Shown here piece after piece: positions 54,695 to 63,860 of a stretch of DNA of 64,000 bases (position 1 is the stretch's first letter; the number at the start of each line of letters is the position of its first letter). Source of the DNA: a virus (taxonomy: Duplodnaviria > Caudoviricetes). The DNA is taken from positions 128,001 through 192,000 of IMG/VR virus record IMGVR_UViG_2595698868_000001. The stretch is one strand, 5' to 3'. The notes beneath the pieces are model-generated. The model was not told the DNA's origin. It did no database searches and saw only the letters and a list, made by a program, of their open reading frames with translations. The position numbers and the translations under genes are program-made.

Positions 54695-55278
54695 TGACCT
54701 CCCCGCAATCCTCGACGCACCGCGTCATTCGTATCCTCAGCCGCGTGATCTTTGAGACTCGGTGGCTGCTGGTCCCGATCTATCTGGCGATGATCATCGC
54801 CATCGCGGCCTATGTGATCCTGTTCACGAAGCAGGCCATCGATATGGGCCTGGGCGTATGGCATTGGGATGCGGAGCACTTGCTGCTCGCCTCCCTCGCG
54901 CTCGTCGACATGTCGATGGTCGCCAACCTGATCGTCATGATCCTGGCCGGCGGTTTCTCAACCTTCGTCGCCGAGTTCGATCAGAGTCTGTTCCCGAATC
55001 GCCCGCGCTGGATGAACGGACTCGACAGCACCACGCTGAAGATTCAGATGGGTAAGTCGCTCATCGGCGTCACGTCGGTTCACCTTCTCCAGACGTTCAT
55101 GCGCCTGCATGACATTCTGAAGGAAGAGAACGGCAAGTTCCTCGTCGCTACCGAGATCATCATCCACATGGTCTTCATCATCACGACGGTCGCCTACTGC
55201 TACATCTCCAAGCTCACCCACGGCCACAAGGTCGCGCCGGCAGCCCTGCCGACGCCGGCCTCTGCGGAAGGACACTAA
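54694..55278 (+). CDS. UPF0114 (YqhA-like) membrane protein
   Basis: IFETRWLLVPIYL, LVDMSMVANL, GGFSTFV, SVHLLQTF. Confidence 0.85.
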   Translation: MTSPQSSTHRVIRILSRVIFETRWLLVPIYLAMIIAIAAYVILFTKQAIDMGLGVWHWDAEHLLLASLALVDMSMVANLIVMILAGGFSTFVAEFDQSLFPNRPRWMNGLDSTTLKIQMGKSLIGVTSVHLLQTFMRLHDILKEENGKFLVATEIIIHMVFIITTVAYCYISKLTHGHKVAPAALPTPASAEGH

Positions 55279-55280
55279 AC

Positions 55281-55793
55281 ATGAAGCTCCTGCGAGCTAT
55301 CCTCCTCGGCGCGACCGCCGGCCTGCTGGTCGCCGGCCCGCTCGCCCTCTCGGGCTGTACGGACCCCGTCGCCCGTCACCACGTCGTGCGTGGCAAGCAC
55401 AAGGTCCACAAGCTCTCAGACGGCCGCTATGCCTTCCAAGGCGACAACGGCGTCTGGTACTGGTACATCTACAGCGCCAACAACTCGGCGCGGCTGGAAG
55501 ACGGCACGCTCGCCATGCCGGGCGCCTGGACCGCCGGCGGCGAGCCTGACGCCAGCGACCTCGCGGCTGGGTTCGACTTCGACTTCGACATCCCGACCCT
55601 GGACGGCGGAGCCCCGATCTCCGAATCGCAAGCGGCTTCGATCGAGAGCGGCGCCGCTGAAGCGACGTCGGAAGCTGGCGGCGGTATGTCGGACACTTCG
55701 TCGGGTCCCTCGGACTCGTCCCCGTCGGTCGACTCCAGCGTCGATTCGGGCGGCGGCGGCGACTCCGGTGGTGGCGGGGGCGACGGAGGCTGA
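55281..55793 (+). CDS. lipoprotein with Ser/Gly/Asp-rich tail
   Basis: Lipobox LSGC; tail DSGGGGDSGGGGGDGG. Confidence 0.7.
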   Translation: MKLLRAILLGATAGLLVAGPLALSGCTDPVARHHVVRGKHKVHKLSDGRYAFQGDNGVWYWYIYSANNSARLEDGTLAMPGAWTAGGEPDASDLAAGFDFDFDIPTLDGGAPISESQAASIESGAAEATSEAGGGMSDTSSGPSDSSPSVDSSVDSGGGGDSGGGGGDGG

Positions 55794-55795
55794 TC

Positions 55796-56356
55796 ATGGG
55801 TCAGTACATCTGGCATGATCTGCCGCTCGACGAGCGGCTTAGCAAGCCCAAGATCGATGATCGCCCTGGAGCCCGGTTGAAGGCGGAGGATGCCCGAGGG
55901 CTCCTTCATTTCCCGGACCGTCTTGGCGATCTCCTGACCCTCAAGAGCTGCCTCGCCGGCGCCAAGATCGTTTTCAGTGGAAACGGTTATGCGCCGTCGG
56001 TGACGGCCTGGGGCTGGACACCGCGCGACCAAGAGGTCATCGAAGACTACGTCAAGCGTCGCGTCGAGAAGCACATGAGCAGTCTGACCGAACGTCAGGG
56101 CCTCGTACTCCTCGCTGTACGTAATGACGGCAGCGTCGATGTTGCGACCTGGGGCAAGTCGTCCCAGGACTGCAAGGTGCTCGGTGACCTTGGCAGCAAG
56201 GAATTGGGCGCACTGCCGTCGTGTCCTTTCCAGACTTGGTGGGGCTGGGGCAATGGAGGCGTGCCCAAGCGTTTCCCTGCGCAGACCCTCAAGACGCTGT
56301 CGGAGAACGCCCAGGCCTACGTCAAGAAGAACACGCATCCTGGCGCGGTAGGCTGA
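55796..56356 (+). CDS. hypothetical protein
   Basis: 186-aa ORF in operon. Confidence 0.6.
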   Translation: MGQYIWHDLPLDERLSKPKIDDRPGARLKAEDARGLLHFPDRLGDLLTLKSCLAGAKIVFSGNGYAPSVTAWGWTPRDQEVIEDYVKRRVEKHMSSLTERQGLVLLAVRNDGSVDVATWGKSSQDCKVLGDLGSKELGALPSCPFQTWWGWGNGGVPKRFPAQTLKTLSENAQAYVKKNTHPGAVG

Positions 56357-56718
56357 TGGAGGGTACCTCCTACTGTTGCCCAGACTGTGGTGAGGGTTTT
56401 CCCAGCCGCTACAGTCTGGGCCAGCATATGAAGGCAGCGCATCCGGTCGTGCCTCAGGTCTTGAACATCCGCGACTACCCTGATGGCCTGCCGCCTAACT
56501 CGACTTATGTCGGGCGGGGCACGTTCGCTGGAAATCCCTATCGCATTGGAATCGATGGGACGCGAGATGAGGTCATCAACCATTATGAGGACACGCGCGA
56601 ACTGGATGAAGCCTTCGTAGCCAGGGTGCGCAAAGAACTGCGCGGCCGGCATCTCGTATGTCACTGCGCGCCAGAGCGATGTCATGCCGACTGGCTGCTC
56701 AGGATCGCCAACAGCTAA
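56356..56718 (+). CDS. C2H2 zinc finger + DUF4326 protein
   Basis: CPDC..HMKAAH; YVGRGTFAGNPY..LRGRHLVCHCAPERCHAD. Confidence 0.8.
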   Translation: MEGTSYCCPDCGEGFPSRYSLGQHMKAAHPVVPQVLNIRDYPDGLPPNSTYVGRGTFAGNPYRIGIDGTRDEVINHYEDTRELDEAFVARVRKELRGRHLVCHCAPERCHADWLLRIANS

Positions 56719-56772
56719 GCCCTTGCTTTCGCGAGAAATCATCGTTATCCATGTGGCGAGTTTGGGGCCAGA

Positions 56773-56791
56773 TTAGGGCTTCATTAACCAT
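56773..56791. promoter_or_regulatory. CtrA-like box upstream of the hfa-like operon
   Basis: TTAG-GGCTTCA-TTAACCAT (consensus TTAA-N7-TTAA, one mismatch), ~40 bp upstream of TTGACA at 56829. Confidence 0.45.
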
Positions 56792-56901
56792 GTGGCTGAA
56801 AAATAACGATAAATCTTGAACCCGAAAGTTGACAAACGCCGTAATCTCGAAGATGAAGGCGTCAAGTTCAACTTCAAACGCGAAAGGGGAGTCCTCACCA
56901 C

Positions 56902-57393
56902 ATGAAGCTCAAGATCATCGCCATGGCCGGCATGCTCGCTGGCGTCGCTATCGCCGGCGCGGCCTGTGCCCAAGCGGTCGGGGAGGACTCCACCTGGAAA
57001 TTCCGCACCCCGTCCGAGAACGTCATCCTCCAGCAGAACCTGGACAAGATCGACCTCCAGAAGGCCGGCTACTACGACAAGCTGAAGAACGGCGCCTATG
57101 GCCTGGGCGGCAGCGCCGGCGCGGCCGGCGGGCTGCTCGGAGGCGGAGCCTCGACCATCAGCAACTACTACTCGATCACGAACCAGACCACGAACAACTG
57201 CTCGTCGTCTGGTTCGGTCGGTTCGCCGATCTCCTGCGGCTCGGGCTCGATCACGAGCAGCGGCGTCTCGCAGTCGACGGTCGGCTCGTCCCTGGACTCC
57301 AACACCGCGCTGACGGGCAACACCGTCACCAGTACGGGGAACAAGACCCAGGTCGGCGGCACCATCAACAACAATCAGCAGCCGCAGCAGTAG
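56902..57393 (+). CDS. secreted Ser/Gly/Asn/Thr-rich protein (HfaA/curlin-accessory-like)
   Basis: Signal peptide; STISNYYSITNQTTN..GNTVTSTGN; first gene of csgG-like operon. Confidence 0.65.
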   Translation: MKLKIIAMAGMLAGVAIAGAACAQAVGEDSTWKFRTPSENVILQQNLDKIDLQKAGYYDKLKNGAYGLGGSAGAAGGLLGGGASTISNYYSITNQTTNNCSSSGSVGSPISCGSGSITSSGVSQSTVGSSLDSNTALTGNTVTSTGNKTQVGGTINNNQQPQQ

Positions 57394-57402
57394 GGGGCGA
57401 AC

Positions 57403-58248
57403 TTGAACCGCAAGGTCTACATCCGCGCCGCCCTCGCGGTGGCGCTGCTGGCTTCGGCCGCCGCTATGCCGGCCCAAGCCGCTTCCAAGAAGAAGCCGAT
57501 CGCCACGAACCTCGGCAGCACGCCGACGGTCAACGCCGATCCGCTGGCCGCAGGCTTTGCCTGCACGAGCCAACTCACGGCCCAGGCTGCGCATCCGCTG
57601 CGTATCGCCGTCGGCAAGGTCGGTGACTTCACCGGCAAATTCTCGAACGAAGCCTCCGAAGGCGGCTTCCGCGTGACGCAGGGCGGCGCCCTGATGATCT
57701 CCAGCGCCCTGGGCAAGCTGGCCAACGTCGACCAAGTCGAGCGTCTGGACACGCAGGTCGCCGACATCGACACGCTGCTGGCGAAGTCTCAACTGCTTCG
57801 CGACGGTGACGCCCTGCGCGGCCTGACCGCCGGCCAGTATGACGGCTCCGACTACTACATCATCGGCGGCATCACCGAGGTGAACTACAACATCCGCTCG
57901 GGCGGCGGCAAGGTCGGCGTCTCGAACATCTACGGCGGCAAGCGTACGTACACGATGAACGTCGCGGCCGATCTGAAGATCGTCGAAACCAAGTCGCTGA
58001 AGGTCGTCAAGACCATCAGCGTCCAGAAGCAAATCACGGGCTACGAGAACACGTTCGGCCTGTTCACCTTCAAGGGCGACTACCTCTTCGACCTGGACTT
58101 CGGGTCGAAGGGGCAGGAGCCGCTCCAACTCGGGGTTCGCTCCGTCCTGGAGTACGGTACCCTGGAACTCGTCTCGGCGGTGGCTCCGAATCGTGACTAC
58201 TATGTCGCGACGTGCCGCCCCTACGCCGAGGCGATGTTCGGGAAGTAA
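57403..58248 (+). CDS. hfaB: CsgG/HfaB-family outer-membrane secretion pore
   Basis: RIAVGKVGDFTGK, VTQGGALMISSAL, VER, DYYIIGGITEVNYNIRSGG, KGQEPLQLGVR. Confidence 0.85.
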   Translation: MNRKVYIRAALAVALLASAAAMPAQAASKKKPIATNLGSTPTVNADPLAAGFACTSQLTAQAAHPLRIAVGKVGDFTGKFSNEASEGGFRVTQGGALMISSALGKLANVDQVERLDTQVADIDTLLAKSQLLRDGDALRGLTAGQYDGSDYYIIGGITEVNYNIRSGGGKVGVSNIYGGKRTYTMNVAADLKIVETKSLKVVKTISVQKQITGYENTFGLFTFKGDYLFDLDFGSKGQEPLQLGVRSVLEYGTLELVSAVAPNRDYYVATCRPYAEAMFGK

Positions 58249-58336
58249 AGGGGAGGGGCAACCCAACCTGACAGCGTTTGGTGCGGACGCTGGTTTCTCC
58301 CCGCACTTTTCCCTGAAACAAACGACGAAGGACCCT

Positions 58337-59266
58337 ATGCGCAAGCTCATCCTCGCTTCCGCCGCCCTGGCGGCCCTCTTCGCGGCGCCCGCCGCGTTTG
58401 CCGGCAACATCACGACCGGCGTGAATGGCTTCAACCAGAACAACACCACCCCGCAACTGTCGGGGACCCTGCTGACCAACATCAAGGTCGGCGACAAGAT
58501 CGACGCCTCGGCCGCCGCTGTCGGCAACAACCTGAGCCTCGAAGCCAACGGCAACATCACGATCTCGGCCGGCAACCTGGACCAGCAGAACAGCGGCCTG
58601 CAAGTCGGCGCCCTGATCGTGAACGACTCGAAGCTGAACAAGGGCTCGCTGGAAGCCAAGGCCATCGGCAACTCGATCTCCCTGAAGGCCGGCGGCACCG
58701 TCGACGGCGGCAACAACGGCATCGAGCAGATCAACAGCGGCCCGCAGATCGGCGCCCTGGTCGTGAACGACGTGAAGGCCTCGGGCAACATCGACGCTTC
58801 GGCCGTGGCCGTCGGCAACGCTGTCTCGGTCAATGCCGGCACCGACTTCTCGGTCTACGGTGGTGGCTTCGATCGTCAGACCAACTCGGCCCTGCAAGTC
58901 GGCGTCGCGCTGGTGAACGACTCGAAGTTCGGCGGCAAGCTGGACGTCCTGGCCCAAGCCGTCGGCAACAGCCTGTCGACCGACACCTCGTCCACGACCC
59001 TGCAATGGTCGCAGCGCAACACCGCGCCGCAGTTCGCCCTGGCCGCCATCACCGACGTCAAGGCCTCGGGCAACACCTCGATCTCGTCCGTCGCCGCCGG
59101 CAACCTGATCAACGTCTCGACCAACAACATCGGCCAGACCGCGATCTTCCAGACCAACTTCGCGCCGCAAGTCGCCGCCACGTACATCGCCGGCAGCAAC
59201 TTCTCGGCCGACCTGACCGCCGGCTCGACCGCGATCGGCAACTCGGTCAGCGTCAAGGCCCACTAA
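58337..59266 (+). CDS. secreted beta-solenoid/amyloid-like repeat protein (HfaD-like)
   Basis: Signal peptide; six ~45-50-aa repeats QxNxxxQ...A(V/I/A)GN. Confidence 0.75.
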   Translation: MRKLILASAALAALFAAPAAFAGNITTGVNGFNQNNTTPQLSGTLLTNIKVGDKIDASAAAVGNNLSLEANGNITISAGNLDQQNSGLQVGALIVNDSKLNKGSLEAKAIGNSISLKAGGTVDGGNNGIEQINSGPQIGALVVNDVKASGNIDASAVAVGNAVSVNAGTDFSVYGGGFDRQTNSALQVGVALVNDSKFGGKLDVLAQAVGNSLSTDTSSTTLQWSQRNTAPQFALAAITDVKASGNTSISSVAAGNLINVSTNNIGQTAIFQTNFAPQVAATYIAGSNFSADLTAGSTAIGNSVSVKAH

Positions 59267-59299
59267 GCCTTCGATCTGAACTGAGATACTGGACTACGG

Positions 59300-59330
59300 A
59301 AAGCCCGGCGCGAGCGCCGGGCTTTTCTTT
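59300..59330 (+). terminator. intrinsic terminator of hfa-like operon
   Basis: AAAGCCCGGCGC-GA-GCGCCGGGCTTTTCTTT. Confidence 0.85.
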
Positions 59331-59402
59331 CGGCTGACACCGAGTGTTGACAGCCGGCGCCGGGGCAGTCTAAAACCGACATCTGATCTGACAGGAGACC
59401 TC

Positions 59403-60086
59403 GTGACCAAGAAGAGCCGATACATCGCTCCGACGCTTGCCAAGGACGTGCTCGAAAACAGCCGTTTCTTCGGCTCGGACTCGGTCTTCAATGGTAAGCT
59501 CTTCGAAGGCGACGAGCGCCTCGTGGTCATCGTTGGCGAGAATGCGTCGGGCAAGAGCCTGCTCTTCCGTTCAATGGCGGCCTGGGTCAAGAAGGACTAT
59601 AAAGTCACCGGTATCACGATCTCGATTCGAGAGCGCACGGACAGTACGGTCCCGTTCCGCCGCTCGTTCATGTTCGGCGAAGAGTCCGAGAAGTCGACCG
59701 GCGCCAATTCCTTCCAAGTGATCGAGGCTGGACTCAGAAATGCCGAGGGCGGCGGCCACGGTCAGACCCTACTGATGCTGGATGAGCCGGAGATCGGCCT
59801 GTCCGACGGCTACGCGCGAGCGCTCGGTGAGTACCTGGGCCAACGCGCCTTGACCCTAACCGACGCCTGTCAAGGCCTAGTGGTTGTGACCCATAGCCAC
59901 AGTCTCGTACGAGGTGCTGTGGAAGGCCTCAAGACGGCCCCGACCTTCGTTCACGTGGGCAGCCAGCCGAAGCCTTTGGACGAATGGCTCGGGACCACTG
60001 AATACCGCACTGTCGAAGACCTCTCGAAACTCGGCGATCTCGCCCTGGAGCGCTGGCGTGCGATCCAGAAACTCATGAAAGACTGA
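59403..60086 (+). CDS. ABC-type P-loop ATPase
   Basis: GENASGKS, LMLDEPEIGLS, VVVTHS; promoter motif at 59345. Confidence 0.85.
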   Translation: MTKKSRYIAPTLAKDVLENSRFFGSDSVFNGKLFEGDERLVVIVGENASGKSLLFRSMAAWVKKDYKVTGITISIRERTDSTVPFRRSFMFGEESEKSTGANSFQVIEAGLRNAEGGGHGQTLLMLDEPEIGLSDGYARALGEYLGQRALTLTDACQGLVVVTHSHSLVRGAVEGLKTAPTFVHVGSQPKPLDEWLGTTEYRTVEDLSKLGDLALERWRAIQKLMKD

Positions 60087-60088
60087 CC

Positions 60089-60400
60089 ATGAAGCGCCTG
60101 TTCCTAGCGGCTGCGGCCGTCCTGTCCTTGACAGCCTGCACCAAGGGCGACCTGCTCGTTTCCAATCAGGAGGCAGTAGCCGCCGTGCGCCTGTTCGGTG
60201 TCAAGGACGTCGTGCTCGAACGGCCGGAGTTCAATTGCGATGCCTACGGCGATCAGCCGCGCGTCTCGCCGACACCAGGGGCCTCGTACCTTCAGAACGG
60301 CTACTTCTTCCGTGGCACCCAGAATGGCAAGCCCGTGAAGGGCGCAGTCTGCGTAGGCTACGGCCGCACGCCACGTGTCCAGATCAACGGCATCCAATGA
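60089..60400 (+). CDS. lipoprotein
   Basis: Lipobox LTAC. Confidence 0.75.
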   Translation: MKRLFLAAAAVLSLTACTKGDLLVSNQEAVAAVRLFGVKDVVLERPEFNCDAYGDQPRVSPTPGASYLQNGYFFRGTQNGKPVKGAVCVGYGRTPRVQINGIQ

Positions 60401-60858
60401 CGAACGATCGCCTGAAGCGGTCGATCGAATTCGACCTGACCGATGCTCCTATGCTGATGCACGCCATGAGCATCGCGGCCTGCACTGCCATGATGTGCGG
60501 GCAGCCGGGCGCCGACAAGAAGCTGCGCGCCTATAAGGCCGTGTTTCAGGCTTTCGTGCCGCCTGAAGCTGCTGGCTTCGTGGAAGAGCGTTGGGCCGAG
60601 ATGGGCATGGCCTTGATGACGGCTAAGACGTTCCATGTCACGGTTCTGCCCCGTTCGTGGGAAAGCTCAAAGACGTGGTGGTCGGAAGGCTACCTGACCG
60701 TCATCCTCGATGGTAAGCCCTACCACGCTGACCGGGGCGTGAGTCCCTACGTCAAGCGAGGCGATGATGCCGCGCCTCAGGCTCTGCATCGCTATCTTCA
60801 AGATATCGCGCCGATGGATTGCATCGGTACCTGGGACAATGGAAGGGTCCAAGAATGA
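60397..60858 (+). CDS. hypothetical protein
   Basis: ATGA coupling with upstream gene. Confidence 0.6.
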   Translation: MTNDRLKRSIEFDLTDAPMLMHAMSIAACTAMMCGQPGADKKLRAYKAVFQAFVPPEAAGFVEERWAEMGMALMTAKTFHVTVLPRSWESSKTWWSEGYLTVILDGKPYHADRGVSPYVKRGDDAAPQALHRYLQDIAPMDCIGTWDNGRVQE

Positions 60859-61151
60859 GCGTCGGCCGTATCGCCTCTTACATCCACAGCGACAAGATCA
60901 CGCCGAACAAGGGCGCAGCCGTCATCAAGGTGACGTGTCAAACCGACTTCGCCGCCAAGACCGACGAGTTCATCGCGTTCGCAGACAAGGCCGCGAAGTT
61001 CAGCTTCGCCTCGCTGGTCGTCGCCAACGAAGTCTCGGACTGGTCTCAGGTCATCGAGAGCTTCCCGGACCTGGAAGAGGAACGAGAGGCCCTCAGTAAG
61101 AAGCTCAAGGAAGTGGTCACGGTCGAAGAGATCGTGATCCTCACGCTGTGA
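60855..61151 (+). CDS. hypothetical protein
   Basis: ATGA coupling. Confidence 0.6.
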   Translation: MSVGRIASYIHSDKITPNKGAAVIKVTCQTDFAAKTDEFIAFADKAAKFSFASLVVANEVSDWSQVIESFPDLEEEREALSKKLKEVVTVEEIVILTL

Positions 61152-61331
61152 ACCGGTTCAAGGGCGCCTGGACGTCTTTGCGCCTCGGCCCGCTGCTTAT
61201 CCAGCGGGTCGATGGCCGCTTCCAATGGCGTCTATCGTCCTCCGCTCGCTGGCGGTCGCTCTGGTTCTAAGAGTTGACAGCCGGCGCATAGCCCACTAAG
61301 CGTGTCAGTCTAGACCACATCGGAGGGCCGT

Positions 61332-61982
61332 ATGACCAAACACGCCGACAAACGCTCCGTCCATACGGACGCTCTCGAAACCCTCGGCACGATCATCGGT
61401 CCCGAGGAAAAGCGCGACGCTATTCACATCGCCGTCGAGAACGTGGTCGCCGCCGGCATCCTGCGCCCTGGTGAAGACGTCGGCTTCCTGCCCGACGGCA
61501 CCGTCTCTTCGAAGGCGGCGAAGCTGGTCGGCATCGTCGATCCCTTCCTGAAAGACTATGTCGAGAAGGGTCAGCGTTTCTGGCTGTTAGTCTATCCGCG
61601 TCAGATCAAGTCGCTGCGTCACGTCTGGACCCATCCGGATTTCCCTGATGAGCCCCAAGCGGTCGCTCAGCCTGTTCGCGTTTCGCGCGCCAGGACGGTA
61701 CCGGCGCCGCCTCCTCCGCCTCCTCCGGAACCCGAGCCTAATCCGGAACCTGTTTCTGGACGAGAATGGATCGAGCAGTTTGCCGATCGCATCGGCCAAA
61801 CGTACGACGACCTGATGGAGGCTGCTGATCGTTGGGCGAAGCACGGCAGCTACACCTACGATAACGCCGAGGGCTATAAGAGCCATTGGGACGAGTTCCA
61901 GGAATTCTGGACCCACTGGTCCCTGGTTACCGGCCGTGAAAAGCCCGAGGACGACTCCAGCTTCTTCACCTGCTCGTGCTGA
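61332..61982 (+). CDS. conserved phage hypothetical protein with polyproline linker
   Basis: RDAIHIAV, GIVDPFL, SLRHVWTHP, C-terminal FFTCSC; promoter motif at 61270. Confidence 0.75.
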   Translation: MTKHADKRSVHTDALETLGTIIGPEEKRDAIHIAVENVVAAGILRPGEDVGFLPDGTVSSKAAKLVGIVDPFLKDYVEKGQRFWLLVYPRQIKSLRHVWTHPDFPDEPQAVAQPVRVSRARTVPAPPPPPPPEPEPNPEPVSGREWIEQFADRIGQTYDDLMEAADRWAKHGSYTYDNAEGYKSHWDEFQEFWTHWSLVTGREKPEDDSSFFTCSC

Positions 61983-61984
61983 TC

Positions 61985-62548
61985 ATGAACAACTACGGCA
62001 CAGGTTTCGCGGGCTTCCAGACCTGCATCGATATCGTCACCGAGGGCATGGGCGGCGCGCCTTACACGCGGCGCGCCGTGGCTTCGGTATTCAAGCAGTT
62101 CCTCACCTGGGAAATGGACAAGAAGCCGCGCGTGGATTTCCGCGCCCCTGACTGGACCGAAACGACCGATGAGGCCTTCGACGCCGCCTGTCTCAAGGGC
62201 ATGGCGTATTTCGAACGCAACGACCCGGCGCCCGTCTTGGCGACCGCGATCTGGAACGGTCTGCAACTTCAGTTGCGCGCCGATGATTGCAGCCTGCACG
62301 GAACGATCTATGGCATGGGCGTCGGTCTCGTGGGTGCGCCCACCAGTACCTATGACTCCCGCAAGCGGACCTCCATCCTGAAGTGGTCGCCGGGGCTGAT
62401 CGACACCGGCTGCCTCGTGGTGCATGGCAGCGAATACAGCCGCGACGGCAATAAAAGCGTCTCGGTTCAATCAGCAGAAGCCGCCACCACGGCGCTACGG
62501 AAGTTGGTCGAGCGCCATTTCAAGGTCACGTTCGAGGACGTCGCATGA
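61985..62548 (+). CDS. hypothetical protein
   Basis: ORF in operon. Confidence 0.6.
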   Translation: MNNYGTGFAGFQTCIDIVTEGMGGAPYTRRAVASVFKQFLTWEMDKKPRVDFRAPDWTETTDEAFDAACLKGMAYFERNDPAPVLATAIWNGLQLQLRADDCSLHGTIYGMGVGLVGAPTSTYDSRKRTSILKWSPGLIDTGCLVVHGSEYSRDGNKSVSVQSAEAATTALRKLVERHFKVTFEDVA

Positions 62549-63018
62549 AGACCCGTCGTCCCCTGAAAGGTCTCGCCGACATCAAGGCAGCCGCGCGCCT
62601 GTCGCGTACCTATCCCATCACTCCGCCGCGATCCTCAGATCGCGTGGCGCGCGAGGCTGCGGCGCGCCGCAAACGTGAAGTCGAAACTTGGCTTCGCGAG
62701 GCTGAGGAGAAGGCAGCCGCCCGCGAACTCGCCGCGACAACGTCGCCACTCACGGCGCGGGCGGCCGAGGTCGGCTATCGCGGACCAAACATGCCCGACA
62801 AGGGCAAGCGCGACGGCTCCTGCAACGTCACGGCCTGCCAGATGCCGCTGCTCGGCAAGCCGCAGTTCATCATGCGGGAGCCCTGGTGCGCCGGCGAACT
62901 CTACTACTGCAAGCGCTGCAACGACGGCTTCCGCCGGTGGGACGAGATCGATCGTCCCGGCACCTATCGCTGCGAGCCCGATCCGCGCAATGCGGACCTG
63001 GAGGATGAGTTCGCCTGA
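62545..63018 (+). CDS. hypothetical Cys-rich protein
   Basis: KGKRDGSCNVTACQ..YYCKRC. Confidence 0.65.
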   Translation: MKTRRPLKGLADIKAAARLSRTYPITPPRSSDRVAREAAARRKREVETWLREAEEKAAARELAATTSPLTARAAEVGYRGPNMPDKGKRDGSCNVTACQMPLLGKPQFIMREPWCAGELYYCKRCNDGFRRWDEIDRPGTYRCEPDPRNADLEDEFA

Positions 63019-63782
63019 TGGGGCGCGGCATCCATACGCACCTTGAGGTCGGTCGCGAGACCCAGCCGGTGAACGAAGGGCTATTTGAACAGCCCAAAGA
63101 GGACCGTTGGGTCGATCGCGAGTTCGTCCTGACGAAGTGCAATGACCGGCTCCGCGCGGACTACCGCTGGTATCGGACTACGACTAAAGAGTCGCATGTT
63201 GATTGCCCGAAGTGCCTCACGAAGCTCTCGAAAGAACGTCTTAAGGCTCGCGTGGGCGGTCCCCGCCTGCGCCTGGAGAAGAGCGAAGAGCGCATCTTCG
63301 CGGCCCGCCATGGAACGACCAACGCCGTCTACGTCGATGACGTCCTGGTCGGCTACGTCGCCAAGGCGGATAAACAGTGGCGCGTCTATCCCCTCATCCC
63401 CGATGGCGACCAAGTCATCGTTTCCGGACGGCCGCTCGCTGAGGTAGGTACCGCGCCGATCGACTCGTACGGCCGCTATGACCGCGAGGCGTTAGGCTAC
63501 AAGACCAAAGATGACGCGCTCCTGGCCTGCGAGGAACTGCGGAGTTCCCGCCGCTTGAAGGCGGCCGAAGAAGTGATCGCTGATCGCAAGGCGGCGGAAC
63601 AGCGCTGGGAGGATCGTGAGGCCAAGCGTAAGGCAGAAGCCCTGACGGCAGCGCATCGGCGCCGAGAAACGCTAGAGGCGCTTCAGGACATCCTCGCTAC
63701 CCATCCGCTGACCAACTATCAGCGACAGGGTCTCGTCACTGCAATCGAGCATTTCTCAATTCCGGGTGACGACGAGAGTTGA
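63018..63782 (+). CDS. hypothetical protein
   Basis: Coupled ORF; VDCPKC. Confidence 0.6.
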   Translation: MGRGIHTHLEVGRETQPVNEGLFEQPKEDRWVDREFVLTKCNDRLRADYRWYRTTTKESHVDCPKCLTKLSKERLKARVGGPRLRLEKSEERIFAARHGTTNAVYVDDVLVGYVAKADKQWRVYPLIPDGDQVIVSGRPLAEVGTAPIDSYGRYDREALGYKTKDDALLACEELRSSRRLKAAEEVIADRKAAEQRWEDREAKRKAEALTAAHRRRETLEALQDILATHPLTNYQRQGLVTAIEHFSIPGDDES

Positions 63783-63789
63783 CAGCCGG
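63775..63789 (+). promoter_or_regulatory. phage promoter motif
   Basis: AGAGTTGACAGCCGG. Confidence 0.65.
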
Positions 63790-63860
63790 CCGGCTCCCGC
63801 CTAAGGCTAAGGCTTCTGATTTTGCCACCTCACGTGGCGCACAACAGAGGAGTTTGTCCC

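Noticed and set aside
61700-61750. CCT/CCG-rich repeat tract
   Set aside because: Encodes a polyproline linker in frame; no separate element
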